DNA of 64,000 nucleotides from Methyloceanibacter sp. (GTDB lineage Bacteria; Pseudomonadota; Alphaproteobacteria; Rhizobiales; Methyloligellaceae). Position numbers and translations under genes: made by a program. The notes under the pieces are model-generated. The model was not told the DNA's origin. It did not search any database and worked only from the letters and a program-made list of their open reading frames with translations. The stretch spans positions 4,194 to 68,193 of the forward strand of contig DATMDY010000093.1 in the NCBI GenBank assembly GCA_035557335.1, given 5' to 3'. The first letter of the stretch is position 1. Every line of letters starts with the position of its first letter. Of the stretch, positions 49,991 through 58,354 are shown piece by piece.

Positions 49991-51877
49991 ATGAAAATGA
50001 AGTTTGGTGTTCTGGCCGGCGCCATCGTCGCGGTGACGATGGGTCTGTCCGGTCAAGCAATGGCAAACACAGACGAGGAGCAGCTTGCGCGTATGGCTGA
50101 TCCCGACCAGTGGCCAGCCCCTGGTCGCGATTTTGCGCTAACGCGTCACAGCACGCTCTCTGACATCAACACCAAGAACATCGGCAAGCTGCAGATGATC
50201 TGGCTGCAAGGCACCAACGCGCTTCGCGGTCACGAAGGTCAGCCACTCGTGATCAAGGACGTTGGCGGCAAGACCATGCTGTTCATGATCTCCGGTTGTC
50301 CGGCGATGGTGAACTGCAACGTGGTGCAGGCTCTCGATCTTACCGATCCTGACAACCCGAAGCAGGTCTGGAACTACGTGAAGAAGACCGACCGTGACGA
50401 ATCGGCCGTGCCGCGCGCTTGCTGCGACACAGTCAACCGTGGCGGTTCCTATGCCGACGGCAAGTTCGTGTATGGCACCCTCGATGGCTTCGTGATCGCC
50501 CTCGACGGCCAGACCGGCAAAGAAGTCTGGGTGGTCAAACATGCTTGGCCTGAGAAGGGCGAGACCATCACGCCCGCTCCGGTGATCGCCGACGACAAGG
50601 TGATCATTGGCTTCGGTGGCAGTGAGTTTGCCGCTCGCGGCCGCGTTGTCGCTTACAATCTGAAGGACGGCTCGGAAGTCTGGACCTGCCATACCACGGG
50701 TTCCGACAAGGACGTGTGCCTAACGCCCGACACCAACAAGGCCAACCCGCATTTCGGGACCTATGGTGAAGAGCTCGGCGTCAAGACCTTCCCGGGTGAC
50801 GACTGGAAGATCGGCGGCGGCACCGCTTGGGGCTGGTACAGCTACGATCCTGAGCTGAAGCTGGTCTACTACTCGACCGCCAACCCCGGTCTGTGGAGCC
50901 CGCAATATCGTTGCCCCGGAAAGACCCACGAAGAGTGCAACACCGGCGACTTCGACAACAAGTGGACGCTCGCCGTGTTCGCTCGCAAGGTGGATACCGG
51001 TGAGGCGGTCTGGGTCTATCAGCTGACGCCCTTCGATCAGTGGGACTATGACGGCATCAACGAGAACATCCTCACTGAGATGGAGGTCGACGGTAAGAAG
51101 CGGAAAGTGATGAGCCACTTCGACCGTAACGGCTTCGCCTATGTGATCGATCGCGTTGACGGCACGCTGCTCCGAGCCACGAAATACGTGACGACGGACT
51201 GGGCCGAGAAGATCGACATGAAGACGGGCCGTCCGATCAAGGTGCGCGAGCATTCGCCGCTTGAAGTTGGCCGCAACGTCTCGACCTGCCCGTCAGCCAT
51301 GGGCGGCAAGGACCAGCAGCCTGCTTCGGTCGATCCCAAGGAGCCGAACCTGTTCTATGTGCCGACCAACAATTGGTGCATGGAGCTCGATCCTCAGGAG
51401 CGCACGCACACGAACCAGGGCACGGTCTACGTGTTCGCGAACGTGTACATGTATCCCGAGGTCCCCGGCGTCACCGGCAGGGTCAAGAAATATGACGTCC
51501 TGACCGGCAAGGCGGTGTGGGATATCCCGGATCCGTATCCGAACTGGAGCGGCACCATGGTCACCGACGGCGGCCTGATGTTCTATGGCAGCCTCGGCGG
51601 TGACTTCCGCGCGGTCGATCGGAACTCCGGCAAGATCGTGTGGAGCCGCAAGCTCGGGTCCGGCATCATCGGCAACCCGATCACCTACAAGGTGGGCGGC
51701 AAGCAATATATCGGCATCTATTCCGGTATTGGCGGCTGGATCGGCCTTCCCGTGACGGCTGGTCTTGACCTGAACGACAAGTTCGGCGCCATCGGTGCTA
51801 CGGCTATGACCAAGGCTGCTGGCCTGAGTCATATCCCGCAGGGCGGTGAGCTGAACGTGTTCCGTCTGTTCGAATAG
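49991..51877 (+). CDS. xoxF: Lanthanide-dependent PQQ methanol dehydrogenase, XoxF1-like, copy B
   Basis: ACCDTVNRGGSYADGK, GGSEFAARG, PFDQWDYDGINE (D-Y-D at 51044-51052); strong RBS. Confidence 0.92.
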   Translation: MKMKFGVLAGAIVAVTMGLSGQAMANTDEEQLARMADPDQWPAPGRDFALTRHSTLSDINTKNIGKLQMIWLQGTNALRGHEGQPLVIKDVGGKTMLFMISGCPAMVNCNVVQALDLTDPDNPKQVWNYVKKTDRDESAVPRACCDTVNRGGSYADGKFVYGTLDGFVIALDGQTGKEVWVVKHAWPEKGETITPAPVIADDKVIIGFGGSEFAARGRVVAYNLKDGSEVWTCHTTGSDKDVCLTPDTNKANPHFGTYGEELGVKTFPGDDWKIGGGTAWGWYSYDPELKLVYYSTANPGLWSPQYRCPGKTHEECNTGDFDNKWTLAVFARKVDTGEAVWVYQLTPFDQWDYDGINENILTEMEVDGKKRKVMSHFDRNGFAYVIDRVDGTLLRATKYVTTDWAEKIDMKTGRPIKVREHSPLEVGRNVSTCPSAMGGKDQQPASVDPKEPNLFYVPTNNWCMELDPQERTHTNQGTVYVFANVYMYPEVPGVTGRVKKYDVLTGKAVWDIPDPYPNWSGTMVTDGGLMFYGSLGGDFRAVDRNSGKIVWSRKLGSGIIGNPITYKVGGKQYIGIYSGIGGWIGLPVTAGLDLNDKFGAIGATAMTKAAGLSHIPQGGELNVFRLFE

Positions 51878-51935
51878 ACGCGAACGTCTAGGCTAATCGG
51901 CGCCCGGTGCCTTTGCGGCACCGGGCGTTTTTATT
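51875..51935 (+). terminator. Double hairpin / intrinsic terminator after xoxF copy B
   Basis: TAGACG-CGAA-CGTCTA starting at the stop codon, then GCGCCCGGTGCC-N5-GGCACCGGGCGT and TTTTATT. Confidence 0.85.
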
Positions 51936-52243
51936 GGATCAGCCCCTGCGTGGTGGGGAGGGGAGATCAAAGGATGCCCCGAACATTATATATCTCCCGC
52001 ATATCTCCAGCCTTTCGCAGCGTAGCCGGCCCGGTTGCGCGGAAATCTAGAAAAGAAGGTGAACAGGCCGGTGCACTGCACACAAGTTGCATAGAAATCG
52101 CGCAAGTTTTTGCTCTGTGCCAAGGCTATAGCTTCAAAATCTGATGCAGTGCAGCGAAGGGAATGCGCATTTGGCACATTTCATTTCTATGAGCACTTTT
52201 CACTTGCAAAGCACTGACATTTGGCAATTATGAGTGGGCAGCT

Positions 52244-52263
52244 TGGCAATGAGTGGGATGCCA
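52244..52263. promoter_or_regulatory. TGGCA-N10-TGCCA palindrome upstream of xoxF copy C
   Basis: TGGCAatgagtgggaTGCCA, then GTTTCCA; preceded by a local direct repeat TTGGCAATTATGAGTGGG (52221-52238). Confidence 0.5.
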
Positions 52264-52291
52264 GTTTCCATTTAGAATTCGGAATGACGGG

Positions 52292-52557
52292 CTCACACTC
52301 TGCGATAGGCTGCGATTCCTCGTGAGGTGTCACCGCGTGATGTGTTCAACGGAGGACCCGCCGCTAGAAGCGGGCGCGAGGCATATTGATTTGCTTCGAC
52401 GCTTTCGGGTTGCCTCTCATATCCACAGTGACAGCTTGAAAACTTGCAAGGGCTCGGTGCTCTCTTGGTATTCGCTCAAGGGAGACAGGCGCCCCGGCAA
52501 AAACAGAATAGCTCAGCTTCTTTCGGTGAACTGAGTAGCTAGGGAGAGGAGAACGAT
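52292..52557 (+). ncRNA. Candidate structured cis-regulatory 5' leader of xoxF copy C
   Basis: Homologous to 49740-49990. Confidence 0.45.
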
Positions 52558-54444
52558 ATGAAAATGAAGTTAGGTGTTCTGGGCGGAGCTGTCGTCGCAA
52601 TGACGATGGCGTTTTCCGGCCAGGCAATGGCTGGCTCCGATGCGGAGCAGCTGGCGCGTATGGCTGATCCCGACCAGTGGCCAGCCCCCGGTCGCGATTT
52701 TGCCCTTTCACGCCACAGCACGCTCGCTGACATCAATACTAAGAATGTCGGCAAGCTGCAGATGATCTGGCTGCAAGGCACCAACGCGCTTCGCGGTCAC
52801 GAAGGTCAGCCACTCGTGGTCAAGGACGTTGGCGGCAAGACCATGCTGTTCATGATCTCCGGCTGCCCAGCCATGGTGAACTGCAACGTGGTTCAGGCTC
52901 TCGATCTTACCGATCCTGACAACCCGAAGCAGGTCTGGAGCTACGTGAAGAAGACCGACCGTGACGAATCGGCCGTGCCGCGCGCTTGTTGCGACACAGT
53001 CAACCGTGGTGGTTCCTATGCCGACGGCAAGTTCGTCTATGGCACTCTCGACGGTTTCGTGATTGCCCTCGACGGCCAGACCGGCAAGGAAGTCTGGGTA
53101 GTTAAGTACGCTTACCCCGAGAAGGGTGAGACCATCACTTCGGCGCCGTTGATTGCCGACGACAAGGTGTTCGCGGGATTCGGTGGTGACGAGTTCGCCG
53201 CCCGCGGTCGCGTCGCGGCCTTCAATCTGAAGGACGGCTCGGAAGCTTGGGTTTGCCACAGCACGGGTTCGGACAAGGACGTGTGCCTGACTCCTGACAC
53301 CAACAAAGCCAACCCGCATTTCGGGACGGCTGGTCAGGATCTCGGTCTCAAGACCTTCCCGGGCGACGACTATAAGATCGGCGGCGGCGCTGCTTGGGGT
53401 TGGTACAGCTATGATCCAGAGCTGAAGCTGGTCTACTACTCGACCGGTAACCCCGGCCTGTGGAGCCCGTCCTATCGTTGCCCCGACAAGACCCACGAAG
53501 AGTGCAACACCGGTGAGTACGACAATAAGTGGTCGATGGTGATCTTCGCCCGCAAGATTGAGAACGGTGAAGCAGTCTGGGCCTACCAGATGACCCCCTT
53601 CGATCAATGGGACTATGACGGCGTCAACGAGAACATTCTTACCGACATGGATACCGACGGTAAGAAGGTGAAGGCTCTCACTCACTTCGATCGTAACGGC
53701 TTTGCCTATGTCATGGATCGCACCGACGGTAGCCTTCTCCGCGCCACGAAATACGTGACGACGGACTGGGCCGAGAAGGTCGACATGAAGACGGGCCGTC
53801 CGGTCAAAGTGCGCGAGCATTCGCCGCTTGAAGTCGGTCGCAACGTCTCTTCCTGCCCGTCAGCTATGGGTGGCAAGGACCAGCAGCCTGGTGCCGTGCA
53901 TCTGGAAGAGCCGAATGTCTTCTATATGCCGACCAACAACTGGTGCATGGAGCTCGATCCTCAGGAGCGCACACACACGAACCAGGGCACGGTCTACGTG
54001 TTCGCGAACGTGTACATGTATCCTGAAGTCCCGGGCGTCACCGGCAAGATCAAGAAGTATGACGTCTTGACCGGCAAGACCATCTGGGAGATCCCGGATC
54101 CGTATCCGAACTGGGGTGGCACCATGGTCACCGACGGCGGCCTGATGTTCTATGGCAGCCTCGGCGGTGACTTCCGCGCTGTCGACTCCAAATCCGGCAA
54201 GGTTCTGTGGAGCCGCAAGCTCGGGTCTGGCATCATCGGCAACCCGATCACCTGGAAGACCGGCGGCAAGCAGTATGTCGGCGTGTATTCCGGCATCGGC
54301 GGCTGGATTGGCCTTCCCGTGACGGCTGGTCTTGACCTCGAAGACAAGTTCGGCGCCATCGGTGCTACGGCTATGACCAAGGCTGCTGGCCTGAGTTTTA
54401 TCCCGCAGGGTGGTGAGCTGAACGTGTTCCGTCTGTTCGAATAG
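52558..54444 (+). CDS. xoxF: Lanthanide-dependent PQQ methanol dehydrogenase, XoxF1-like, copy C
   Basis: ACCDTVNRGGSYADGK, GGDEFAARG, PFDQWDYDGVNE (D-Y-D at 53611-53619). Confidence 0.92.
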   Translation: MKMKLGVLGGAVVAMTMAFSGQAMAGSDAEQLARMADPDQWPAPGRDFALSRHSTLADINTKNVGKLQMIWLQGTNALRGHEGQPLVVKDVGGKTMLFMISGCPAMVNCNVVQALDLTDPDNPKQVWSYVKKTDRDESAVPRACCDTVNRGGSYADGKFVYGTLDGFVIALDGQTGKEVWVVKYAYPEKGETITSAPLIADDKVFAGFGGDEFAARGRVAAFNLKDGSEAWVCHSTGSDKDVCLTPDTNKANPHFGTAGQDLGLKTFPGDDYKIGGGAAWGWYSYDPELKLVYYSTGNPGLWSPSYRCPDKTHEECNTGEYDNKWSMVIFARKIENGEAVWAYQMTPFDQWDYDGVNENILTDMDTDGKKVKALTHFDRNGFAYVMDRTDGSLLRATKYVTTDWAEKVDMKTGRPVKVREHSPLEVGRNVSSCPSAMGGKDQQPGAVHLEEPNVFYMPTNNWCMELDPQERTHTNQGTVYVFANVYMYPEVPGVTGKIKKYDVLTGKTIWEIPDPYPNWGGTMVTDGGLMFYGSLGGDFRAVDSKSGKVLWSRKLGSGIIGNPITWKTGGKQYVGVYSGIGGWIGLPVTAGLDLEDKFGAIGATAMTKAAGLSFIPQGGELNVFRLFE

Positions 54445-54501
54445 ACGCGAACGTCTAGGCTAATTGGCGCCCGGTGCCCTTGTGGCACCGGGCGTCTTTT
54501 T
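54442..54501 (+). terminator. Double hairpin / intrinsic terminator after xoxF copy C
   Basis: TAGACGCGAACGTCTA, then GCGCCCGGTGCC-N5-GGCACCGGGCGT and CTTTTT. Confidence 0.85.
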
Positions 54502-54596
54502 CCTATATAAGGCCTGATAATTAGGCACACGCGGTCGCGCCCCCTGCAGGATTTTCGTCCTAGCGCGTACCGCCTAGCAAAAGTGAAGTAAGGCCC

Positions 54597-56438
54597 GTGT
54601 TCTCCCCCACCTTGCGTGTTTTTACGGCTTTGGCGGTTTGCCTCGCCGGTCTCGGCCTCGCCACGGCCCCTGCTTCGGCGACGGAAAAGCCGGAAAAAAA
54701 GGCCATTCAGCGCGATCTCAACAAGCATTACGACGAGCTGACGCCAAGCGAGCACATCGCCATCCGCGCCGCCGCCAAGGCAGCCTACAAGGCCAAGCAG
54801 CTCAAGTTCCTGAACGTCTGCGCCGATCCCGGCAACATGCCTCTTTCCAACATGCAGAAAGAGGGTTTTCAGAACAAGATTGCGCAACTCCTCGCTGATG
54901 CCACGGGCGCCACCCTCAAATACCATTGGCAGCCCTTTATCGAGCGCGGCCTCACGCGCTCGACTTTCGATGAGCATATGTGCGACGTGATGTTCGACGT
55001 CCCGATGAATTACGGACGCCTGCTCACCACCTTTCCAGTCTACAAAACGCCCTACGTTCTCGTTTATCGCGACGACCTGGAGCTCGCCGGCCTCGACGAT
55101 CCGAAGCTAAAGGACCTGACGATCGGGGTGTTCCAGACCTCAGGAATCCGCGCCGCGCTCGCCAAGCGGGGCATCATCGATAACGTCAAGCTTCAATTGC
55201 AGACCCACGACGCCGACCTGGTGCCCGAGAATCAACCTTGGTACGTGGTGCAACGGATGCTCAATGGCGAGTTCGACGTCGCCGCGGTGTTCGGTCCCTT
55301 TGCCGGCTGGGTGAAGACCATGAAGGGCGAGCCCATCACCATCCTGCCGGTCAATTTGATGGACGACAATGTCCCCATGGAGTTCGAGATGGCGCTCGGC
55401 GTGCGTACCACCGACGCCTTCCTGAAATACTTGCTCGAATTCGCGCTCGAGGATCATGAGGAAGAGGTCGAGAAGATTTTGCGGGATTATGGCGTGCCGC
55501 TCGTGCAATGCAGCAGATGCGTGGTCGCCGGCGATTTGCCCGCGCATGGCAGCTACACCGCGCCGCGCGATCAGGTGTTCAAGTCGCGTCCGGATCTCGC
55601 CTCGCCCGACCAGGTGGTCACCCAGGAAAAACTCGAAGGCTGGCTCGCCGACGGCGCCGATCTCAACCAGGAGCTTAGCAACGCGGTCATCGCCGGCGAC
55701 ATCGACCGCATCAAGTTTCTGGTCGGCAAAGGCGCCGACTTGAACAAGCCCGACCCGCAAGGCTGGGCGCCGCTGCAAAACGCAGCCCGCCAGCGCAAGG
55801 ACGGGCTGATCAAGACGTTGGTCCAGCTTGGCGCCGATCCCAATCGCATCGACGCTAACGGGATAACCCCGCTGGCGGCGGCAGTGATGCGAGATCATAT
55901 GCCATCGATCAAGGCCTTGCTGGAGAACGGCGCCGATATCGAGCAGCCGGCCCTGAAGGGCTTTCGGCCGCTCGCGCTTGCCATCGCCGAGAACAAATAC
56001 GAGGCGGCGAAAGCTCTCATGGAAGGTGGCGCCGACGTGAGCGTCGCTTCAGGCACCGACGGCCTGACCCCGCTGATGATCGTGGCCGCCCAGATGGCGC
56101 CGGCCGAAGGCGCGATGTTCCTGCCGGGCAGCACCAGGCCTAACGATATCGCCATCGGTCTGATTGAACGCAAAGCCGATTTCGACGCCCAGTCGAAGTC
56201 CGGCATAACGGCGCTGATGGTCGCGGCGAGCCACAATAACGCGCCCATGATCGGGCTCTTGATGGATGCCGGAGCCGATCCCGACATCAAGAACGAGCGT
56301 GGTCAAACTGCCCGTGACGTGGCCAATCTGAACGGCAACCTCGAAGCAGCCCAGGCCATCCTGGTGCTCAGCAACGCGCGGTCGGCGAGCGCGCCCGCTC
56401 CCTCCGGTGGCGAACCGGAAGACTCGACGAGCCAGTGA
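54597..56438 (+). CDS. xoxJ: XoxJ/MxaJ-type binding protein fused to ankyrin repeats, copy B
   Basis: LNVCADPGNMP, VFGPFAGW, PLVQCSRC linker, ankyrin repeats (GWAPLQNAA, GITPLAAA, GITALMVAA). Confidence 0.82.
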   Translation: MFSPTLRVFTALAVCLAGLGLATAPASATEKPEKKAIQRDLNKHYDELTPSEHIAIRAAAKAAYKAKQLKFLNVCADPGNMPLSNMQKEGFQNKIAQLLADATGATLKYHWQPFIERGLTRSTFDEHMCDVMFDVPMNYGRLLTTFPVYKTPYVLVYRDDLELAGLDDPKLKDLTIGVFQTSGIRAALAKRGIIDNVKLQLQTHDADLVPENQPWYVVQRMLNGEFDVAAVFGPFAGWVKTMKGEPITILPVNLMDDNVPMEFEMALGVRTTDAFLKYLLEFALEDHEEEVEKILRDYGVPLVQCSRCVVAGDLPAHGSYTAPRDQVFKSRPDLASPDQVVTQEKLEGWLADGADLNQELSNAVIAGDIDRIKFLVGKGADLNKPDPQGWAPLQNAARQRKDGLIKTLVQLGADPNRIDANGITPLAAAVMRDHMPSIKALLENGADIEQPALKGFRPLALAIAENKYEAAKALMEGGADVSVASGTDGLTPLMIVAAQMAPAEGAMFLPGSTRPNDIAIGLIERKADFDAQSKSGITALMVAASHNNAPMIGLLMDAGADPDIKNERGQTARDVANLNGNLEAAQAILVLSNARSASAPAPSGGEPEDSTSQ

Positions 56439-57265
56439 TGGTTTTCGGATTCGCACGAAGACTTGGAATTGCAGGAGCCGCGGCCTTGGCCGTGGCTTTT
56501 TGCTATCTGGCCCCTTTTGCGGCGTTGGCAGCGGACATCGGCGAGGCCGAGGTAAAGCAGGCCGTCGATAGAATCATTGCGGAACGTTCGAAGGACGGCG
56601 TGTTCGTCTTCCACGATCCCAAGCTCGACGCCAATCTCAATCTGGTCTTCGAGCAGGTGAAAATTGTCCGCGGCATGAGCGGTTATGGCTGGTTCGCCAA
56701 TACGATCTTCCACGACAAGGACGAGCCCAAGAAGCAATACGCCCTCGACTTCTGGTTCAGGCCGGACGGCAGCGAGCTTAAGCTCATGGATATCAGAGTG
56801 CAGAAAGGGCCGCGGCGCGACGGCGACGAATGGATCATGGTCACGCGGCTCCCGGTTGCCTGGTGGTGGCTTCCCGTCTCGGAGCATCCGGGCGACATGG
56901 AGGTGGTTCGCGGCTGGCATATCATGAGTGCGATCCACAATTACATTGCCGCCAATAAAAATGAGGACGGTGCCATAGAACTAAAGGACGAGAAGACGGG
57001 TGAGACTATCCCGCTGGAATTCGTCGAGATACACCAGCCGGTCAGGCGGCTCAAATCCGACGGCCAGTATTTCGCCTGTACCGATTTCCGCAAAGTCGGC
57101 AGCAAGGACGAATATTACGACGTCGATTTCTGGGTTGACGACAAGACCGGCAAGCTGAAGGTCGGCGCCGTCAAGCTGCACAAAGTCCCGGTCCAGGAAG
57201 ATGGCATCTGGACGCAAATTCCCCGCTACAAGTTCGAGGACCTGGATTTCGAAGTCACCCGATGA
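56435..57265 (+). CDS. Exported hypothetical protein with two internally homologous domains
   Basis: Signal peptide; FEQVKIVRGM..WFANTIF..KQYALDFWF recurs as FVEIHQPVRRL..YFACTDF..EYYDVDFWV; GTGA-coupled to xoxJ. Confidence 0.75.
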   Translation: MMVFGFARRLGIAGAAALAVAFCYLAPFAALAADIGEAEVKQAVDRIIAERSKDGVFVFHDPKLDANLNLVFEQVKIVRGMSGYGWFANTIFHDKDEPKKQYALDFWFRPDGSELKLMDIRVQKGPRRDGDEWIMVTRLPVAWWWLPVSEHPGDMEVVRGWHIMSAIHNYIAANKNEDGAIELKDEKTGETIPLEFVEIHQPVRRLKSDGQYFACTDFRKVGSKDEYYDVDFWVDDKTGKLKVGAVKLHKVPVQEDGIWTQIPRYKFEDLDFEVTR

Positions 57266-57521
57266 CCCTAAACGTGGTTCTTTAGGGGTAGTCAAAATGC
57301 CGCATCTGGTCCCGGCCGCTTCGCCGGGCACCCATTTTGCGCTAAGACTCTTGGTATAAATGGGCTTTTGCCAATGCAGGTTTCCATGACAAGGCCGGGC
57401 AGGAGAAGCAATATGCGCGCGAGACTCGCACGGCCTTGAAGGGTGCATGGCCCGGTCCGTCACCGGGCTCTCCAATGACAATGGGCTCAACCAAAATGAC
57501 AACTAGGGTAAGGAAACAAAC

Positions 57522-58091
57522 GTGCGCAACATCATCACGGCAATTTTTGCAATAGTCCTGGTCGCGGGCATGGGCGCGGTTGCGTGGAATGCCAGCGCGA
57601 CCGAGGAACCGGCGAAGACTGAAGAGGCGGCTCCCGCCGCCGCAGCAGGCGCCGCGGGCGGCGAATGCTGCAAGGCCGGCGATACCACCCCGCCGCTCGA
57701 TCTCATCAAGGCGACGCCGAAGGGCGGCCTGCACAATCCCTATAACGATCAGATCGATGCCATCGGCGCGCTTGGTCAGAAGACATATCTCTCCGCCGGC
57801 TGCAATGGCTGTCACGGTGGTGGGGGCGGTGGCGGCATGTGCCCGCCGCTCACCAACGACACCTGGGTCTATGGCGCCGATGACGACGTCGTGTTCAGGC
57901 TGATCGCGCTCGGCACCGACGGCCTCGTGAAGGAAGGCCCGTATAAACGCCTCAAGAGCGAAATCGTGGTTGGGCCGATGCCGCCCTTCGGCAATATCGT
58001 CAAGACCTCCGACGATATGTGGAAAATAATCTCCTTTCTCCGGTTGAAGAATCCGAGTTCGCTGGCCAAGGCCAATCAGCCGGCCCAGTAG
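57522..58091 (+). CDS. xoxG: Monoheme cytochrome c, XoxG-like
   Basis: Signal peptide, HNPY, CNGCHGGGGGGGMCPPLTNDTWVYG, GPMPPFG; in the xoxF-xoxJ cluster. Confidence 0.78.
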   Translation: MRNIITAIFAIVLVAGMGAVAWNASATEEPAKTEEAAPAAAAGAAGGECCKAGDTTPPLDLIKATPKGGLHNPYNDQIDAIGALGQKTYLSAGCNGCHGGGGGGGMCPPLTNDTWVYGADDDVVFRLIALGTDGLVKEGPYKRLKSEIVVGPMPPFGNIVKTSDDMWKIISFLRLKNPSSLAKANQPAQ

Positions 58092-58115
58092 AGCTTAGCC
58101 CAATTCCGGGTGCAA

Positions 58116-58152
58116 AAAGGCCGCCAGGCTGCGCGTCAGCTTGGCGGCCTTT
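58116..58152 (+). terminator. Hairpin terminator after xoxG-like gene
   Basis: AAAGGCCGCCAGGCTG-CGCGT-CAGCTTGGCGGCCTTT. Confidence 0.65.
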
Positions 58153-58354
58153 GCATCACGGGACGATGACGCCCTCGGTCATTACAAATGCGTAAGCCAT
58201 TGGCAGAGAGGTGTGCCCCGTCTGGATGGTTCCCTCTGGACCGCCTATATTCCAGGACGATTGAGCTTCCGGTCATTGGAAGACTGGAAGCCCATGCGCT
58301 CTATTGTGCAGTGCGCATTGCCAATTGGCGGCATTCTCTAAACAATAGCCGCCC

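Larger units (their letters stand above)
49650..54501 (+). repeat. Tandem duplication of a complete xoxF transcription unit (upstream region + CDS + terminator)
   Basis: Both CDSs are 628 aa with long near-identical DNA tracts, homologous leaders and near-identical terminators. Confidence 0.85.

Noticed and set aside
40947-54444. Calling the three D-Y-D enzymes ExaF/PedH ethanol dehydrogenases
   Set aside because: ACCDTVNRG, CPSAMGGKDQ and the C-terminal GIGGW..GAIGA pattern are methanol-dehydrogenase-like; the LGGKNW-type motif I associate with ExaF/PedH is absent.
58150-58354. Hairpins upstream of the second SBP as an ncRNA
   Set aside because: Single instance with no homologous copy to test conservation; such stems are common in GC-rich DNA.
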